Shown here: in pieces, positions 59,975 through 64,000 of the stretch | Layout: each line of letters opens with the position of its first letter | Position numbering within the stretch: position 1 is the first letter of the stretch | NCBI GenBank assembly: GCA_030390025.1 | Contig: JASTWF010000033.1 | Coordinates: 3,350,001 to 3,414,000, forward strand | Reading direction: 5' to 3' | Length of the DNA: 64,000 bases | DNA from: Squalus acanthias | Taxonomy: Eukaryota | Made by a program: the position numbers and the translations under genes | The notes under the pieces: model-generated | The model's input: only the letters and a program-made list of their open reading frames with translations | Told to the model about the DNA's origin: nothing | Databases searched by the model: none

Positions 59975-60468
59975 CGAGGAACAGCACCTCATCTTTCGTT
60001 TAGGCACGCTACAGCCCTCTGGACTCAATATCGAGTTCAACAATTTTAGATCATATCCTCAGCTCCAATCACATTTATATTTTATTTTATCCACCCTTTT
60101 ATTTGTCCCCCCCCACCTTTTTTTTTCCTCCTAGAAGCTGGCAGCTGTCCTTCATTCTGCCAGTGGATTTCACACTTCATTCAGCCTTAATCTGTCACAT
60201 TAACACCACCTCTAGCCTTGCATATCTCTTAATGTCTCTTAATGTCTCTACATCTCCCCCTTGTTCCTTTAACCCCGCCCCCTTTTCCCAGCTTTACCCT
60301 GGCCTTAAATCTATTTGATTTCCGGCTCTTCCCAGTTCTGATGAAAGGTCATCGACCTGAAACGTTAACTCTCTTTCTCTCTCCACGGATGCTGCCTGGC
60401 CTGCTGAGTTTTTCCAGCGTTTTCTGTTGTTATTTCGGATTTCCAGCATCCGCAGTATTTTGCTATCG
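59975..60468 (+). mobile_element. 5'-truncated Penelope-like element (GIY-YIG C-terminus plus terminal region) inserted in a CR1 3' end
   Basis: EQHLIFRLGTLQPSGLNIEFNNF; 14-bp TSD TAGAAGGATACGTT at 59961-59974 and 60469-60482. Confidence 0.9.
60334..60370 (+). ncRNA. Minimal type I hammerhead ribozyme motif
   Basis: AGTT-CTGATGA-A-AGGTC-ATC-GACCT-GAAACGTT-AACT. Confidence 0.82.
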
Positions 60469-60889
60469 TAGAAGGATACGTTGATGGATATAGAAGAGGA
60501 AGGGTGGGAGGAGGCTCGAGTGGAGCATAAACACCGGCATGGACCTTTTGGGCTGAAAGGTTTATTTCAGTGCTGTAAATATTTTATAATACACTCTCCT
60601 CCCGGGAACAGTCAGAGAACTTCCTGCACTGATCTCTCTGCACACAGTCTGCAGTTGCCAATCTCTCTCCTCCAGGGAACATCAGGTGATTCCTGCTCGT
60701 ACATCAAATTGCAAAGCATTGACAGGACGTTATTCTTGTGCTTTCTGATTGATAACCTGTGATAGCACATCGCACCCACAAGATGGATAGCTTCAGACTG
60801 AAGCTATAAATACGTGCCGCAGTTCCCTGACAGTTCGCGGGCAGAGAGTCTGTGATTGACAGGTGCAGACTATATGAAGAGATAAGTGG

Positions 60890-62430
60890 AGAAATGTTGA
60901 GGGTGTTAGGTGGAGGTGGGGTGCTGCTCAGTATATTAGATGGATGTGGAGGATCTGAGAATGTTAGATTTAGCTGGGGAGGAGCTGAAGATATCAGGTG
61001 AGCAATGGAGGAACTATGGACATTAGGAGGGGTGGGAAGGATCTGAGGAAATTATTTTGGTGGTGGGACTTTGAGTATATTTTGTTGGGTGTTGATGAAC
61101 TGAGGATATTAGGTGGGTTTGGGGAGCAGCTGAAGTTATTAGGTGGGGTGGTGAGGAGCTGAGGATAATTGGTGGGTTGGGGAGGAGCTGAGGATATTAG
61201 GTGGGCTGGGGAGGAGCTGACGATATTAGGTGGGGTGGGGTGTAGCTGGGGATATTAGGTGGGGTGGGGAGGAGCTGAGGATATTCGATGGTTGGGGAGG
61301 AGTTGAGGATATCAGGTGGGTGGGGAGGAGCTGAGGATATTAGGTGGGGTGGGGAGGAGCTGAGGATATTAGGTGGAGTGGGAAGGAGCTGAGGATATTA
61401 GGTGGGGTGGGGAGGAGCTGAGGATATTAGTTGGGGTGGGGAGGAGTTGAGGATCTTAGTTGAGGTGGGGAAGAGCTGACGATATTAGGTGGGCTGTGGA
61501 GGAGCTGAGGATATTAGGTGGGTTGGGGAGGAGCTGAGGATGTTAGGTGGGGTGGGAAGGAGCTGATGATATTAGGTGGGGTGGGGAGGAGCTGAGGATA
61601 TTAGGTGGAGTGGGAAGGAGCTGAGGATATTAGGTGGGGTGGGGAGGAGCTGAGGATATTAGTTGGGGTGGGGAGGAGTTGAGGATCTTAGTTGAGGTGG
61701 GGAAGAGCTGACGATATTAGGTGGGCTGTGGAGGAGCTGAGGATATTAGGTGGGTTGGGGAGGAGTTGAGGATGTTAGGTGGGGTGGGGAGGAGCTGATG
61801 ATATTCGGTGGGGTGGGGAGGAGCTGAGGATATTAGGTGTGGAAGGGAGGAGCTGAGGATATTAGATGTGGTGGGGAGGAGCTGAGGATATTAGGTGGGG
61901 TGGGGAGGAGCTAAGGATATTAGGTAGGGTGGGGAGGAGCTGAGGATATTAGGTGGGGTGTGGAGGAGCTGAGGATATTAGGTGTGGTGGGGAGGAGCTG
62001 AGGATATTAGGTGGTGTGGGGAGGAGCTGAGGATATTAGGTGGGGTGGGGATGAGCTGAGGATATTAGGTGGGGCGGGGAGGAGCTGAGGATATTAGGTG
62101 GGGTGGGGAGGAGCTGAGGATATTGGATGTGGTGGGGGGAGCTGAGGATATTAGGTGGGGTGGGGAGTAGCTGAGGATATTAGGTGTGGTGGGGAGGAGC
62201 TGAATATATTAGGTGGGGTGGGGAGGAGCTGAGGATATTAGGTTTGGTGGTGAGGAGCTGAGGATATTAGGTGGGGTGAGGAGGAGCTGAGCATAATTGG
62301 TGGGTTGGGGAGGACCTGAGGATATTAGGTGGGGTGGGGAGGAGCTGAGGATATTAGGTGGGGTGGGGATGAGCTGAGGATAATTGGTGGGTTAAGGAGG
62401 AGCTGAGGATAAAAGGTGGGTTGGGGAAGA
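60890..62430. repeat. 29-bp G-rich minisatellite, ~50 copies
   Basis: GAGGAGCTGAGGATATTAGGTGGGGTGGG; degenerate at the left edge. Confidence 0.97.
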
Positions 62431-62635
62431 GTCGTGGTGACAAGTTGTTTTTCAGACTGGAGGGAGGTATACAGAAGTGTACCGTAGGAGTCGCTATTAG
62501 AGTACTGCTATTTTTGATACATATTAATGACCTAGAGTTGGGTAAACACAACATCATTTTATAGTTTTCGAATTAAACGAAATTCTGAAATCCAGTACAC
62601 AATGAGAAGGGCAGTAACAGAGTTCAGGAGAAAAA

Positions 62636-62718
62636 TGAGAAGTCGCACAACACCAGTTTATATTCTAACAGATTTATTTAAAATTACAAGCTTTCGGAGC
62701 TGTCGCACCTTCCTCAGG
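62636..62718 (-). mobile_element. Uninterrupted, diverged copy of the hammerhead element targeted by Tx1, inserted in a CR1 fragment
   Basis: TGAGAAGTCGCACAACACCAG...ACAAGCTTTCGGAGCTGTCGCACCTTCCTCAGG. Confidence 0.75.
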
Positions 62719-63139
62719 GAGGACATGGACTGACTGGGCAAAATAGGAACAATAGAAATAGGAGCAGGAGTAGGCGATTCGGGACTTCGAGCCTACTCCG
62801 CCATTCAATACGTTCATGGCTGAACTTTGTTTAAAAACACATTGATGTAACATTTTCTAACAAACCCTCATTCCGGCATGTATCGTTATCTCATTACTCA
62901 TTTTTCTGGTATATTTTGCATTCACAGAATAAATTATCAGTGTAACTTAAACAGACGCTAAATCCCACGTAAAACAGATCCTATGAAGCAAATTTGTCTG
63001 GGTCTTGACCCTCATAAAATGTTCTCAGGCTGCGGGTTCCGAGAGATTTATGAAGTCCGTGACCTGATGCTGCACTTCCCCGATGGAGTTTCTTTCCAAA
63101 TCCAATCCCTTCGCTTACAACATAAACCGAACTCTGATT

Positions 63140-63960
63140 CAAATGTGCAGACATATGGCAGATTAAATTTAACACAGAGAATTGTGAAGTGATGCATTTT
63201 GGTAGGATGAATGGGGAGATGCAATATGAAATAAATGGTACAATTTAAAAGTGAGTGTTGGTCAGAGAGACCTGAGGTGCATGTACACACATCTTTGATG
63301 GTGGCAGGACAAGTTGAGAAAGCTGTTAAAAAAGCATATGGGATTATTGTCTTTATTAATAGATCAATAGAGAACAAAAGCAAGGAATTCATGATAAAAC
63401 TTTATAGGCTTCAGTGGGAGTATTGTGTTCAATTCTGGCAACCAAACTTTAGGAAAGATATCAAGGCCTTGGAGCGTGAGCAGAAGAGATTGACCAGAAT
63501 GGTACCAGGGATGAGCAACTTCAGTTATGTGGAGAGACTGGAGAAGCTGGGGTTGTTCTCCTTCTACCAGTGAAGTTTTAGAGGAGATTTGATAGCGGTG
63601 TTCAAAATCTTAAATTGATTTGACAGAGTAAATAAGGAGCAACTGTTTCCAGTGGCAGATATGTCTTTAAACAGAGGACACAGATTCAACGTGAGTGGCA
63701 AAAGAACCAGAGACGACATGAGGAGGCATTTTTATTTACAAAGCGAGTTGTTGTGATCTGGAATGTACTGCCTGAACGGGGGGTGCAAGCAGATACAATA
63801 GTAACATTCAAAAGGGATTTGGAAAATGTACTTGATGTAAAAAAAATACCGGGGAAAGAGCAGAGGAGTGGGATTAATTGGGTCCCTCTACCAAAGAGCT
63901 GGCACAGGCACAATGGGCCGAATGGGCACCTTCAGCGCTGTATCATTCTATGTTTCTATA
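63140..63960 (+). mobile_element. CR1 3' portion
   Basis: QVEKAVKKAYG..EYCVQFW..RMVPG..ERLEKLGLFS; TTCTATG tail. Confidence 0.88.
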
Positions 63961-64000
63961 ATCACCTGCAATTTAGACAATAAGAAACTGAATGGGGCAG

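Overview
Eukaryotic, repeat-dominated window with no recognisable host protein-coding gene. The repeat repertoire (many CR1-type LINEs, Penelope-like elements, Harbinger, Tx1) suggests a vertebrate, probably a cartilaginous fish; this is inference. The backbone is a cluster of mostly decayed tRNA genes (Phe, Trp, Lys, Val, Leu, Thr, Pro, Glu fragments) amplified with their flanks in both orientations and then invaded by mobile elements. Two structures stand out. (1) A full-length, GC-rich Tx1-clade LINE with an intact ORF2 (22431-26330) sits inside the hammerhead-ribozyme motif of a small palindromic Penelope-derived element. A 52-bp target segment is present three times, with a 78-bp mini-element in tandem. 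(2) An LTR retroelement (40089-~49024) has gag, integrase and an env-like class I fusion gene with an Ig-like N-terminal domain, but no PR/RT/RNase H. Its gag ATG overlaps the PBS and its two LTRs do not match well. Also present: a three-layer nested CR1 stack, Harbinger MITEs sharing a hairpin, and four tandem arrays. All calls were made by eye; no database searches were run, and many boundaries are approximate.
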